Positions 1 to 7,311 of a stretch of DNA of 41,095 nt are shown piece by piece. Origin of the DNA: a virus. Its lineage: Duplodnaviria; Caudoviricetes. Position numbers and translations under genes: made by a program. The stretch lies in IMG/VR virus record IMGVR_UViG_3300016665_000157, positions 1 through 41,095 of that record; one strand, given 5' to 3'. The notes below the pieces were generated by a model that did not search any database, was not told the DNA's origin, and saw only the letters and a list, made by a program, of their open reading frames with translations. Position 1 is the stretch's first letter. Each line of letters begins with the position of its first letter.

Positions 1-66
1 CTCCCGGCCAAAAATGCATACTTTTAGTTTCTCCCGGCGCGCCCCGCGCCCCGATTACCCGCGCTT

Positions 67-116
67 AGGGTTGCAATCGCGCCACATTACCATCGCGCAG
101 GGTTGCAATCGCGCCA
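67..116 (+). repeat. 18-bp direct repeat AGGGTTGCAATCGCGCCA (67-84, 99-116) near the genome end; possible terminase-binding/packaging element
   Basis: Exact duplicate read from the sequence; lies between the HNH gene and the genome end. Function is inferred. Confidence 0.7.
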
Positions 117-162
117 TTGGCTATGCGTTATGCATACTCGCGCATTACCAAACCCCGCAATG

Positions 163-176
163 TACCCCATGGGGTA
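163..176. repeat. Perfect 14-bp palindrome TACCCCATGGGGTA
   Basis: Seen directly; near-identical twin at 2904-2917. Confidence 0.85.
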
Positions 177-240
177 TAGCGGGCGGGCTTGGTTTGTGCT
201 GGGTTTGGGCCGGTATCGGCCAGCGGGGCGGGGCGGGCCG

Positions 241-666
241 CTAGGGGCGGGGCATATCGGCGGGCAGGGCCGCCAGGGAATAGTCAATCGGGCCGTTATC
301 GGTGTAATGACGGAAAACCCCACGCCCCTCAAGTCCCGTTTTGACGCTATGGCATGGCCCGCATAGGCTTTGCAAGGGGCTTGCATGGAAAGCCCATGGG
401 CCAAGCTTTCGCCACGGGATAACGTGATCAACGTGGGCCGCTTGCGTTACCCGGCCAGCAAGGGCGCAAGCTTGGCAAAGCGGGGCCATAGATAACTGGC
501 GCATACGGGCGCCATGCCATGCGGCCGTTTTGTATGCTTGATCGGACTGCAGCTTGGCCGCTTGCGGTTTGCTGGCGGGCGCATGGCCACCGCAAAACCT
601 ACTGCCCTTGATGCTAGGGGCTTTGCAACCGTAATGGGCGCATGGCGGGCGGGGCAGTGTAGGCAT
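241..666 (-). CDS. Packaging-associated HNH endonuclease (HK97 gp74-like)
   Basis: N-terminal CxxxGC...FCxxH zinc motif, PLCQAC...HVDHVIP...LQSLCGPCHSVKT HNH core; directly upstream of terS if the genome is circularised; ATG at 666 preferred. Confidence 0.9.
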   Translation of the reverse strand: MPTLPRPPCAHYGCKAPSIKGSRFCGGHAPASKPQAAKLQSDQAYKTAAWHGARMRQLSMAPLCQACALAGRVTQAAHVDHVIPWRKLGPWAFHASPLQSLCGPCHSVKTGLEGRGVFRHYTDNGPIDYSLAALPADMPRP

Positions 667-801
667 GGCCCCTAGTGTCGCTGACCGCACCAGGGCGCGC
701 ACCAGGGCGCATAAGGGTTTACCCTAAGATACAGAATGTTGGCAAACATGATGTAATGCATGCACGGTCAACGCTGACCGGGACACTATAGGACAACCCC
801 C

Positions 802-897
802 ATGCGTGAAAAAATCGTTGACATCGTAACCGCCGTTTGCATCGGCCTTGCCCTTGCCGCACTGGCTTTGCATGGCCTTGGTGCACTGATCCAATAA
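802..897 (+). CDS. 31-aa single-TM membrane peptide (MREKIVDIVTAVCIGLALAALALHGLGALIQ), not in ORF track
   Basis: AGGA RBS upstream, hydrophobic stretch, first ORF of the rightward operon. Confidence 0.6.
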   Translation: MREKIVDIVTAVCIGLALAALALHGLGALIQ

Positions 898-925
898 ACC
901 AAACCACACTACAGGATAAAACATC

Positions 926-1186
926 ATGATCGCAATTCACACAAAGCACATTGCCGCAACAAATACACGGGCGGCAAAGATCAAAGCATATAGCTGCAAT
1001 GGCCACAAAGTATTGGTGAGCATTGATTACTCGCTGGGTGACGTTGAGCGCCATGCAGTAGCCGTCAAAAAATTGATTGAAACCCAAATGCAATACACGC
1101 CCGATTACTCCGTTATGACCTATGGCGGGTCAGCTGACGGCAAGGGCTACACGTTATGTTTTATTCAATCAACTATTAAAATGTAA
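926..1186 (+). CDS. Hypothetical early protein
   Basis: 86-aa ORF with AGGA RBS, co-oriented in a compact operon. Confidence 0.75.
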   Translation: MIAIHTKHIAATNTRAAKIKAYSCNGHKVLVSIDYSLGDVERHAVAVKKLIETQMQYTPDYSVMTYGGSADGKGYTLCFIQSTIKM

Positions 1187-1198
1187 AGGGGCAAAACA

Positions 1199-1879
1199 AT
1201 GAAAATTATCCCCATCAAGAAGGCCGATGCCCGCGCCGTTTGTGGCACGCTCACCCAGACTAGCAAGATGCCCTGCAAATCCTCAAGCTTGCCCACGGAA
1301 GCTTGCATTACGGGTTTTCGCATGGCCCAAATCCCCGGTTCCATTTGCGCCATGTGCTATGCGGACAAAGGGTTTTACGCCATGTATCAAAACACAATCA
1401 AACCCGCGCAACATGCCCGCTTGGATGCGGTTTGGCAAGCCATGCAAAGCCCGGAATTAGCGCATATTTGGGTTAGCGCTATGGTGTCGTTGATCGGTAA
1501 CGACAAATATTTCCGTCATCACGATAGCGGGGACTTGCAAGGGCTTGCCCATCTTGAATTGATTGCCGATGTTGCCCGCGCCACGCCGCATTGCATGCAC
1601 TGGCTGCCGACACGGGAATATGGCATTGTGCGAGAGTACATTGCCAAGCATGGCGCGTTGCCCGATAACTTGATTGTGCGGTTATCGGCCATGTATCCCG
1701 ACAAACCCGTTAAAGTGCCCGCCAGCTTGGCCGATGTTAAAAACGTGACCGTGTCGAATGTGCATACCACTAGCGGGCGCGTGCATGGCATGGCATGCAA
1801 TGCACCGGACAATGGCGGGGCATGCGGGGATTGTCGGGCGTGTTGGACTGATGCGCCCGTGTCTTATGCTTTGCACTAA
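1199..1879 (+). CDS. Gp88-like protein (Cys-rich, possibly Fe-S/radical-SAM-like)
   Basis: Motifs SKMP..SSSLP..AC..G...GSICAMCYA, FRHHDSGD, WLPTRE and C-terminal CGDCRACW, typical of the phage GP88 family as recalled. Confidence 0.75.
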   Translation: MKIIPIKKADARAVCGTLTQTSKMPCKSSSLPTEACITGFRMAQIPGSICAMCYADKGFYAMYQNTIKPAQHARLDAVWQAMQSPELAHIWVSAMVSLIGNDKYFRHHDSGDLQGLAHLELIADVARATPHCMHWLPTREYGIVREYIAKHGALPDNLIVRLSAMYPDKPVKVPASLADVKNVTVSNVHTTSGRVHGMACNAPDNGGACGDCRACWTDAPVSYALH

Positions 1880-1891
1880 TAGGGGCTTGCA

Positions 1892-2212
1892 ATGAAAAAA
1901 CCGGTTTTTATGCTTTCCCGGCGCGGAATGGATCCCTTGCCGACACCATATCACCCGCTGATCTATACACGCATGAGCGATGCATGGCGTTTTGCTTTGC
2001 ACAAATCGGGGCGCGACTGGGCAGTGTCTGACATTGCCAGCGGGGCGCGGGTTTGTCGGGTTAGCGCATCATATAAGGGCGTGCCTGTAGCGTCTGGCAC
2101 GCTAACCCTAGCTCAGGCCCGACAATGCGCCCTTGCCGATATTGATGCAATAGTTGACCGCATAGGGTTTGAGCGGTTTGCGGCCGTACTGGCAAACCCC
2201 AAACCGTTTTAA
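1892..2212 (+). CDS. Hypothetical early protein
   Basis: 106-aa ORF preceded by AGGGGCTTGCA-ATG. Confidence 0.7.
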   Translation: MKKPVFMLSRRGMDPLPTPYHPLIYTRMSDAWRFALHKSGRDWAVSDIASGARVCRVSASYKGVPVASGTLTLAQARQCALADIDAIVDRIGFERFAAVLANPKPF

Positions 2213-2222
2213 GGGGCTTGCG

Positions 2223-2417
2223 ATGAGTTTTTTTTCTGATGTTGACATCATGCGGGGCAGTGATCCCCGCCCGTTTGGGGCTTGTCTGGCCGATGTCGCG
2301 CCCCGCTTCTACTGGCAATGCGGCCCCGCCGATACTAGCGGGTATGCACTGTTTGAATGCGCCGATACTGGCGCGATTGTGCGGTTTGCCCTTGCGGATT
2401 TTTGGCCGCTAATCTAG
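2223..2417 (+). CDS. Hypothetical early protein
   Basis: ATG at 2223 preceded by the same AGGGGCTTGC leader as 1892; followed by a terminator. Confidence 0.65.
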   Translation: MSFFSDVDIMRGSDPRPFGACLADVAPRFYWQCGPADTSGYALFECADTGAIVRFALADFWPLI

Positions 2418-2435
2418 CTAGCAAACCCAAACCCG

Positions 2436-2459
2436 CCCGGCCATGCGCCGGGTTTTTTT
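2436..2459 (+). terminator. Rho-independent terminator of the rightward early operon
   Basis: CCCGGC-catgc-GCCGGG hairpin followed by T7. Confidence 0.85.
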
Positions 2460-2479
2460 GGGCTTGCTATGTTAGTAAG

Positions 2480-2900
2480 CGCTCACTTCGCTAGGTTATC
2501 CCCGGCCCGTGTCTTGATGCTATGGGCGCGGGCGGGGATAGTTGCGCCCGGATATCGGCGCGGGGCTTTGCGGCCCGCTGGCGGGGCTTTGCTGCCCCTA
2601 GCGGGCGGGCGCATAGCGCGGCCCCTAGCGGGCGCGGGCTTGGCCGCATGGCGGGCTTGGCCGCATAGCGGGGCGCGGGCCATGCACTAGGGGCGCGGGC
2701 CGCACTAGGGGCGCGGGCGCGGGTTTTCCGGGCCGCTGGCGCGTGCATTGTGGCCGCTGGCGGGCGCGGGCGGGTTATGGGCGCGGGGCCGCTGGCCGCA
2801 TGGCGCGGGCATGGCGGGCGCGGGCGCAGCGGGCGGGTTTGTAGCGATTCCGACCTACAAACCGCGGGCGCGATGGGCGCCGGTACTCATTTGCGGGCGC
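2480..2900 (+). repeat. Non-coding polarised G-rich degenerate repeat tract
   Basis: About nine co-oriented GGGCGCGGG copies (2524-2824); tandem GCGGGCTTGGCCGCAT (2634-2649, 2651-2666) and GCACTAGGGGCGCGGGC (2684-2700, 2702-2718). Confidence 0.85.
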
Positions 2901-2903
2901 CGA

Positions 2904-2917
2904 TACCCCTAGGGGTA
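2904..2917. repeat. Perfect 14-bp palindrome TACCCCTAGGGGTA, with overlapping GGGGTACCCC palindrome
   Basis: Seen directly; differs from 163-176 only in the central dinucleotide. Confidence 0.85.
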
Positions 2918-2989
2918 CCCCAGACACCCTCGAGGGGTCGAAAAAATGGGTTACCCCACTACGCATTCTTAAAAAAAAAATTTTGAAAC

Positions 2990-3013
2990 AAAAAAAGCCC
3001 GGACGAACCGGGC
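2990..3013 (-). terminator. Rho-independent terminator of the leftward operon
   Basis: Minus strand GCCCGG-TTCGT-CCGGGC followed by T7. Confidence 0.85.
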
Positions 3014-3044
3014 TGAACATGGCAATTTTTTTTGGAAGGAAAAA

Positions 3045-3254
3045 TTATCCAAAATTATCTGGCAATGGATAAATTTTGCGCTGGATATTTTTGGCAGGAT
3101 TGGCTGACTCGTTGCTGACCTGGCTGACTTGGGTTGACTCACCTTTGTAGCCGTGCGCGTAGGCGGCGCGGGCTACTGCGAGGGCTTTTGATTTGCTGTC
3201 AAATGGCCCTTTGCTTCCCCAATACCAGCCGTCTTTGCGTTTGGTCAGCGGCAT
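3045..3254 (-). CDS. Small basic hypothetical phage protein
   Basis: MPL.K..DGWYWGSKGPF.SK.KAL.V..AAYAHGY; last gene before the terminator. Confidence 0.65.
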   Translation of the reverse strand: MPLTKRKDGWYWGSKGPFDSKSKALAVARAAYAHGYKGESTQVSQVSNESANPAKNIQRKIYPLPDNFG

Positions 3255-3261
3255 GATTTGC

Positions 3262-3648
3262 TCACTTGAACCGAGTCAGTTTGTAAATCGTTGACCGGCA
3301 CAGATCAGCAATTTCATCCACGATGTTTTGGATTTCCGTTTCCTGCGGGAAGCCATCCATTTTCCGCATCAGGTTGGTTTCATCAAACAGTTGGTTGACC
3401 AGCGCCAGACCATTTTCCCCAGGAAAATAGGGCTTCAAACTGGAAATATTTTGGCTTTTCCGCTGGAGGCAGGCTTCGGCCAGGGTGTCGGTCAAATCTT
3501 CCAGTCCTTCGTAGAACTCACCCAAGGCAATGTGTTCAGCATAGCTGACGCTGTTCAGGTGGTGGACATGGGCGGCGGTGACACCATGCAGCAGGCACAT
3601 GATGTAGTCGTTCAAGACGTTGGATTGCTCGTTGACGTTGAATCGCAT
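3262..3648 (-). CDS. Ferritin/Dps-like four-helix protein (DUF5856-like)
   Basis: HxxHL...SYAEHxALGEFYEGL....D.LAE and C-terminal IQNIVDEI......TIYKL pattern; AGGAG RBS. Confidence 0.7.
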   Translation of the reverse strand: MRFNVNEQSNVLNDYIMCLLHGVTAAHVHHLNSVSYAEHIALGEFYEGLEDLTDTLAEACLQRKSQNISSLKPYFPGENGLALVNQLFDETNLMRKMDGFPQETEIQNIVDEIADLCRSTIYKLTRFK

Positions 3649-3669
3649 GGCGTTCTCCTTGCGGGCATT

Positions 3670-4056
3670 CTAGCCCATGACCTCTTTCATGGCGAGATGG
3701 AATGTCTGCACCGGAATGGTTGTCCATTTTTCCACACAGATTTGCAAAGCATTGTCCACAGTGACTGCGTAATCCTTGCGCCATCTGAATCGCGCCTCAC
3801 TGCATTGTGTCAGGACGTTCATGGCCGAACGTAGCTTGCGGTATTCCACGCTTTGTGTCTGGCTCATTAGCTCATATGCCCGAGCCATGCTGAAGATGCC
3901 ATCTGCCAAGGGCACGATTAGTGCTTTGACATCCTCACCATCTTCGGCCAGGTACAGCTTGATCTGGCAATCCAGCATCAACTTCTTGAGCCGTTCTTTG
4001 GCATATGCCCGTGCGATGGGATTGCGGGCAATGTTGCGAGGCTTGATGTCAATCAT
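3670..4056 (-). CDS. Hypothetical protein
   Basis: ATG at 4056 overlaps the upstream stop (ATGA coupling). Confidence 0.7.
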   Translation of the reverse strand: MIDIKPRNIARNPIARAYAKERLKKLMLDCQIKLYLAEDGEDVKALIVPLADGIFSMARAYELMSQTQSVEYRKLRSAMNVLTQCSEARFRWRKDYAVTVDNALQICVEKWTTIPVQTFHLAMKEVMG

Positions 4057-4238
4057 GGTGCCTTTCCAAAGTAACGTGTGAGTTTGCCGTCTTTTTTCTT
4101 GACGATTGTCCAACCCTTTTCTTTTAGGTCGGCCAGGCGTCTGTGCGGGGTGACGCTAGGCAAGGTTTGAACAATATCCACGCTGGTGCAACCCATCCTG
4201 CGGGTCAACAGCTTTTTGAGTTTGTCCTGTTGTGTCAT
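4053..4238 (-). CDS. Small winged-HTH-like protein
   Basis: RRLADLKEKGWTI motif; ATGA coupled. Confidence 0.6.
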   Translation of the reverse strand: MTQQDKLKKLLTRRMGCTSVDIVQTLPSVTPHRRLADLKEKGWTIVKKKDGKLTRYFGKAP

Positions 4239-4408
4239 TTAGTCCTCGTTGCTCTGAATGTCCAACATCCCGCGCACATCCATTTGACAGGTGTCATTTG
4301 AATGCCCCCTTCTGGCAACTTTTCTGTCTTGCACTTGTAGCATTCTTTGAATTTATGCCCCTGAATTTTTTTGTCGTTCAGTACCAGTTGCTGCTTTACG
4401 AAACTCAT
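4235..4408 (-). CDS. 57-aa zinc-finger protein (CYKC...PEGG...WMCAGC), not in ORF track
   Basis: Manual translation MSFVKQQLVLNDKKIQGHKFKECYKCKTEKLPEGGIQMTPVKWMCAGCWTFRATRTK; two CxxC pairs; stop overlaps the next ATG. Confidence 0.7.
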   Translation of the reverse strand: MSFVKQQLVLNDKKIQGHKFKECYKCKTEKLPEGGIQMTPVKWMCAGCWTFRATRTK

Positions 4409-4571
4409 TCAACTTCTTTCTTGATTCTTGCTCTGCCATTTTGTACCCAGCAAAGAATGCCATTTCCATGACCTCTTTGCGCGGCATCATCTTGCTGTCC
4501 AACAAATAACCGTATTTGTTTTCGGCACGGCGTGTCCATTCAATAGCCAAACTGCGGGCGCTGATTTTCAT
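4353..4571 (-). CDS. Hypothetical protein
   Basis: ATGA-coupled ORF in the leftward operon. Confidence 0.55.
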   Translation of the reverse strand: MKISARSLAIEWTRRAENKYGYLLDSKMMPRKEVMEMAFFAGYKMAEQESRKKLNEFRKAATGTERQKNSGA

Positions 4572-4795
4572 GCTACTTCCTCGATTATTTTGATTTGATT
4601 CATCGGAACCCAGCGTTTAGATGACCACATCCCTAACCCTTTTACTTCAACCAAAAAGCTGAATCGCGGCTCAACAAAATCTGATCCAGTCGCATCAATG
4701 TAACGGCCAGTGGGGCGAACAATTGTCACGGTTCCAAAGTCCATGACCGCAATTTGCTTCTTTTTCAGAATTTCGGATACGTCAATTTTGCTCAT
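4568..4795 (-). CDS. Hypothetical protein
   Basis: Start MSKIDV at 4795 overlaps the upstream stop. Confidence 0.6.
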   Translation of the reverse strand: MSKIDVSEILKKKQIAVMDFGTVTIVRPTGRYIDATGSDFVEPRFSFLVEVKGLGMWSSKRWVPMNQIKIIEEVA

Positions 4796-5172
4796 GCTGC
4801 ACCCCCAGTCGCTTTGGCGATGGCGGCATCCAGTAAATCTATGGCGTTGCCTTTGCTGCCATTGCACATCCATTCGCCACCGTTGCCCATTGTCTCGTCC
4901 CAGTAGCAGATGGCGAAATCTTCTTCGCTGTCATTGGCGAACCGATACCGTTCGGCATCAGCCCGCAAAGCCTCAAGCTCATCTCCACGCAGATACCATT
5001 CGCGTTCAAAGTGTTCGGCTTGATCGTTGGCTTTATTTAGGCTGACCCTCAGGGCTTCGTTTTCTGCATGTAAGCGGCGAAGCTCAAATGCGGCTTCTTT
5101 TATCCATCGCGTGGACGCGCTCATATGATCCAGCCAATCAGCCAGCAGCAGGGATTTGGATTGTGTGCTCAT
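4792..5172 (-). CDS. Hypothetical phage protein (ELRRLH / DAERYR motifs)
   Basis: Start MSTQSK at 5172, ATGA coupled; motifs common in proteobacterial phage accessory ORFs. Confidence 0.65.
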   Translation of the reverse strand: MSTQSKSLLLADWLDHMSASTRWIKEAAFELRRLHAENEALRVSLNKANDQAEHFEREWYLRGDELEALRADAERYRFANDSEEDFAICYWDETMGNGGEWMCNGSKGNAIDLLDAAIAKATGGAA

Positions 5173-5870
5173 GCCATCACCTCGTAGTCGTGAAACACGC
5201 AACCAAGATCTGCTCGACCAACTTTGCACGGTTTGACCCACACATTCTTGCCAGAACGCAAGCGCCGGACATGGCCCCTGCGGTCGTGCAGCCTGGGCGA
5301 TGCGTGCGTACCGCCCTGCGGCTCATTGCGGGCCTCTTTGGCCTTGATGTAGACCGTAGTCCAATCGTATGTCGGCGGCTTGCCCTGGGCGATTTTGCGC
5401 TGGTTGGTGAATGTCTGTTTGACCACGGGCCGGTAAACGGCACAACCTTTGTCCATGGAAGACAGCCACATGGCGACCAGCGACAGCATCAGCTCGGCCA
5501 CATCCTGCGGCACCTCGTGATTTTCATCTGCTGGGCCATATCGAATCTGCCCTTCATCAATCACGTAGACCAGGGGTGGAAACGTTTCCTGTTTGCCGGG
5601 TGGCCCTTTGGTGATGTCCACCACAATACCCTCCTGCGGATCAGATCCAGCCACCAGCATCATGACTTCGTAGTATGGATGCGTCTTGCTTTGCCCGCCA
5701 TACAGAACCAAACTCTTCTCAAACGGTGGCCGGTGCGTTTCCAGATACTTGAGGTTGACGGCCCGGTCGCCGGAAAAGACATCAGACACATCAAACCACT
5801 GCACTTCTGTCGGGTCAAAGCCAGCACCAATGACCGCCTTCATGATCGAGCGAATCAGTGGGGTGGTCAT
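5169..5870 (-). CDS. Conserved hypothetical protein with GGTHASPRxHxRRGH motif
   Basis: 233-aa ORF coupled at both ends; His/Arg-rich C-terminal motif. Confidence 0.75.
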   Translation of the reverse strand: MTTPLIRSIMKAVIGAGFDPTEVQWFDVSDVFSGDRAVNLKYLETHRPPFEKSLVLYGGQSKTHPYYEVMMLVAGSDPQEGIVVDITKGPPGKQETFPPLVYVIDEGQIRYGPADENHEVPQDVAELMLSLVAMWLSSMDKGCAVYRPVVKQTFTNQRKIAQGKPPTYDWTTVYIKAKEARNEPQGGTHASPRLHDRRGHVRRLRSGKNVWVKPCKVGRADLGCVFHDYEVMA

Positions 5871-6235
5871 GCCTGCCCCCTTGCGCGGATGGCGGCGGCG
5901 CAGTCAGCACACGCCGCAAGAAACAGTGCTTCATCTCTTGCTGGGATTGTTTGCTTCATATAGTGCTGAGCCAGCGTCTCATCACACACTTTCGCACACG
6001 CCTCCCGCTCAGCAGCGATTTCGCGCTGCATGTACTCGACGGTCACGGTGCCGTGCTGCGTCGGCTGGTTCTCGGGGTCGGTGAAAAGCTGCATCATGGC
6101 TTTGCGCTCGGCAGCAGCGACAAGGGCGGCGAAATCTACAAGGGTGTCCACCCAACCGTCATAGTTGCAGAGCGTATCGCTTTCAGGATCAATTCCAACT
6201 TCCCGCGCTATGCAGATGATGTCTTCTTGATTCAT
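5867..6235 (-). CDS. Hypothetical protein, EREACA motif family
   Basis: AAEREACAKVC...CAAAIRARG; start 6235. Confidence 0.7.
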   Translation of the reverse strand: MNQEDIICIAREVGIDPESDTLCNYDGWVDTLVDFAALVAAAERKAMMQLFTDPENQPTQHGTVTVEYMQREIAAEREACAKVCDETLAQHYMKQTIPARDEALFLAACADCAAAIRARGQA

Positions 6236-6483
6236 GCCTGGTTCCTTTCTCTGATGGCGGCGGCGCAAGCACGCGCCTCCATATCTTCGCGGTTACAGTC
6301 GCCCATGTCTCGGTCATCGCATACTTGAGCGCAAGCCTCACGTTCAGCAGCGGCTCCAGCGGCATAGGCGGCATGGAAAAAGCGTTCAAGTGCTTTCCAG
6401 TCGGAATCAGAAATCAGCGAGGGGTACTTTGCCGCTGGAATCCCAGCTTCCAGTGCCATGCGAATAGTGTCATCGCGGGTCAT
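6232..6483 (-). CDS. Hypothetical protein, EREACA motif family
   Basis: AAAEREACAQVC...CAAAIRER; paralogous to its neighbour. Confidence 0.7.
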   Translation of the reverse strand: MTRDDTIRMALEAGIPAAKYPSLISDSDWKALERFFHAAYAAGAAAEREACAQVCDDRDMGDCNREDMEARACAAAIRERNQA

Positions 6484-6830
6484 GCGTTTTTTTCCTTCAG
6501 CTTACTATTAGCCCATTGAGCGCCAGCCAAAAAAGCAGGATCGTCACATGAGCAATCGGGCATGTCATCCCATGTCAGTCCCACCCACGGCTTGCGTTGT
6601 GGGAGTATGTAGAGGGGCGTGCCATTCGGCACATCCGACTCGATGCAAGCGTTCTTTATGCGCTCACCGTGAACCGAATACACATACCCAACCGGCTTCT
6701 GCTGTGCTGGCTGCTCCAGCGCTTGGCGCAGGGCGGCTTGAGCAAACTTAGCCACGGGGAATGGCATGGCCTTGTCAATCTGCTTCAACGCCTCCAGCGC
6801 CATGCGTGCTGCTTTCTCAAGGTCGCTCAT
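6480..6830 (-). CDS. Hypothetical phage protein (ALEAL..., WVGLT..., LKEKN motifs)
   Basis: Start MSDLEK at 6830, ATGA coupled. Confidence 0.65.
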   Translation of the reverse strand: MSDLEKAARMALEALKQIDKAMPFPVAKFAQAALRQALEQPAQQKPVGYVYSVHGERIKNACIESDVPNGTPLYILPQRKPWVGLTWDDMPDCSCDDPAFLAGAQWANSKLKEKNA

Positions 6831-6985
6831 TCTTCCCCCTTTTTGCCGCACCAGTTGCACTCACCCTGCACATCAATGTAGGTTTTTTCAACAGGGCAAA
6901 AATGTTGCCACAGTCGCGCCTCAATCCACTCGGTGTATTGCTGGTCAGGGCAGGGAGGTTCTTTAGGTTCTTGAGGTTCTGTCAT
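6827..6985 (-). CDS. Small Cys-containing hypothetical protein
   Basis: HFCP...CNWCG; start MTEPQ at 6985. Confidence 0.55.
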   Translation of the reverse strand: MTEPQEPKEPPCPDQQYTEWIEARLWQHFCPVEKTYIDVQGECNWCGKKGEE

Positions 6986-7311
6986 GTCTTGTCCGGCAGT
7001 GGAATGTTGATCGGCCACAGTCCCTGCTCCACCAGGCATTGAACTGTGCGTTCATGGGCATTCTGCCATAGATTTATTCGCTCTTGTTTAGAAAACCCTT
7101 TGCCCTGGTCAAGTAAAAAATGGCATTTGTAACAGAGCGATGCAATGCGGTTGTCATCGGCTTTGATGCCACGACCTTTGCCATGAATGGATTGGTTGCT
7201 GTGAGCCGCAACCACAGTGCCGTCATCTGCGCCGCAATGTTGGCATGGGATATGGCGGGCGTTGGTAAGCAATTCCTTGCTGCGGATGTATTGGTGTTTC
7301 GGATATTTCAA
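6982..7311 (-). CDS. DUF1364-like zinc-binding putative nuclease
   Basis: CQHCG...TVVAAHSN...GKGRGIKADD...C..CH..LD. Confidence 0.75.
   Translation of the reverse strand: MKYPKHQYIRSKELLTNARHIPCQHCGADDGTVVAAHSNQSIHGKGRGIKADDNRIASLCYKCHFLLDQGKGFSKQERINLWQNAHERTVQCLVEQGLWPINIPLPDKT

Noticed and set aside
61-151. Repeat-spacer-repeat pattern suggesting a mini CRISPR array
   Set aside because: Only two 18-bp copies 14 bp apart; wrong dimensions and no cas genes
163-176. Palindrome as a protelomerase (telRL) site of a linear plasmid prophage
   Set aside because: Too short, and no protelomerase or partition genes were recognised
2570-2770. GCTGGCGG octamers resembling E. coli Chi (GCTGGTGG)
   Set aside because: One mismatch, host Chi unknown, expected by chance in this tract, and orientation would not protect against RecBCD entering from position 1
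2469-3020. Several 66-85 aa Ala/Arg/Gly/Pro-rich ORFs on both strands
   Set aside because: They are by-products of a GC-rich repeat tract lacking stops, have no RBS and lie between convergent terminators
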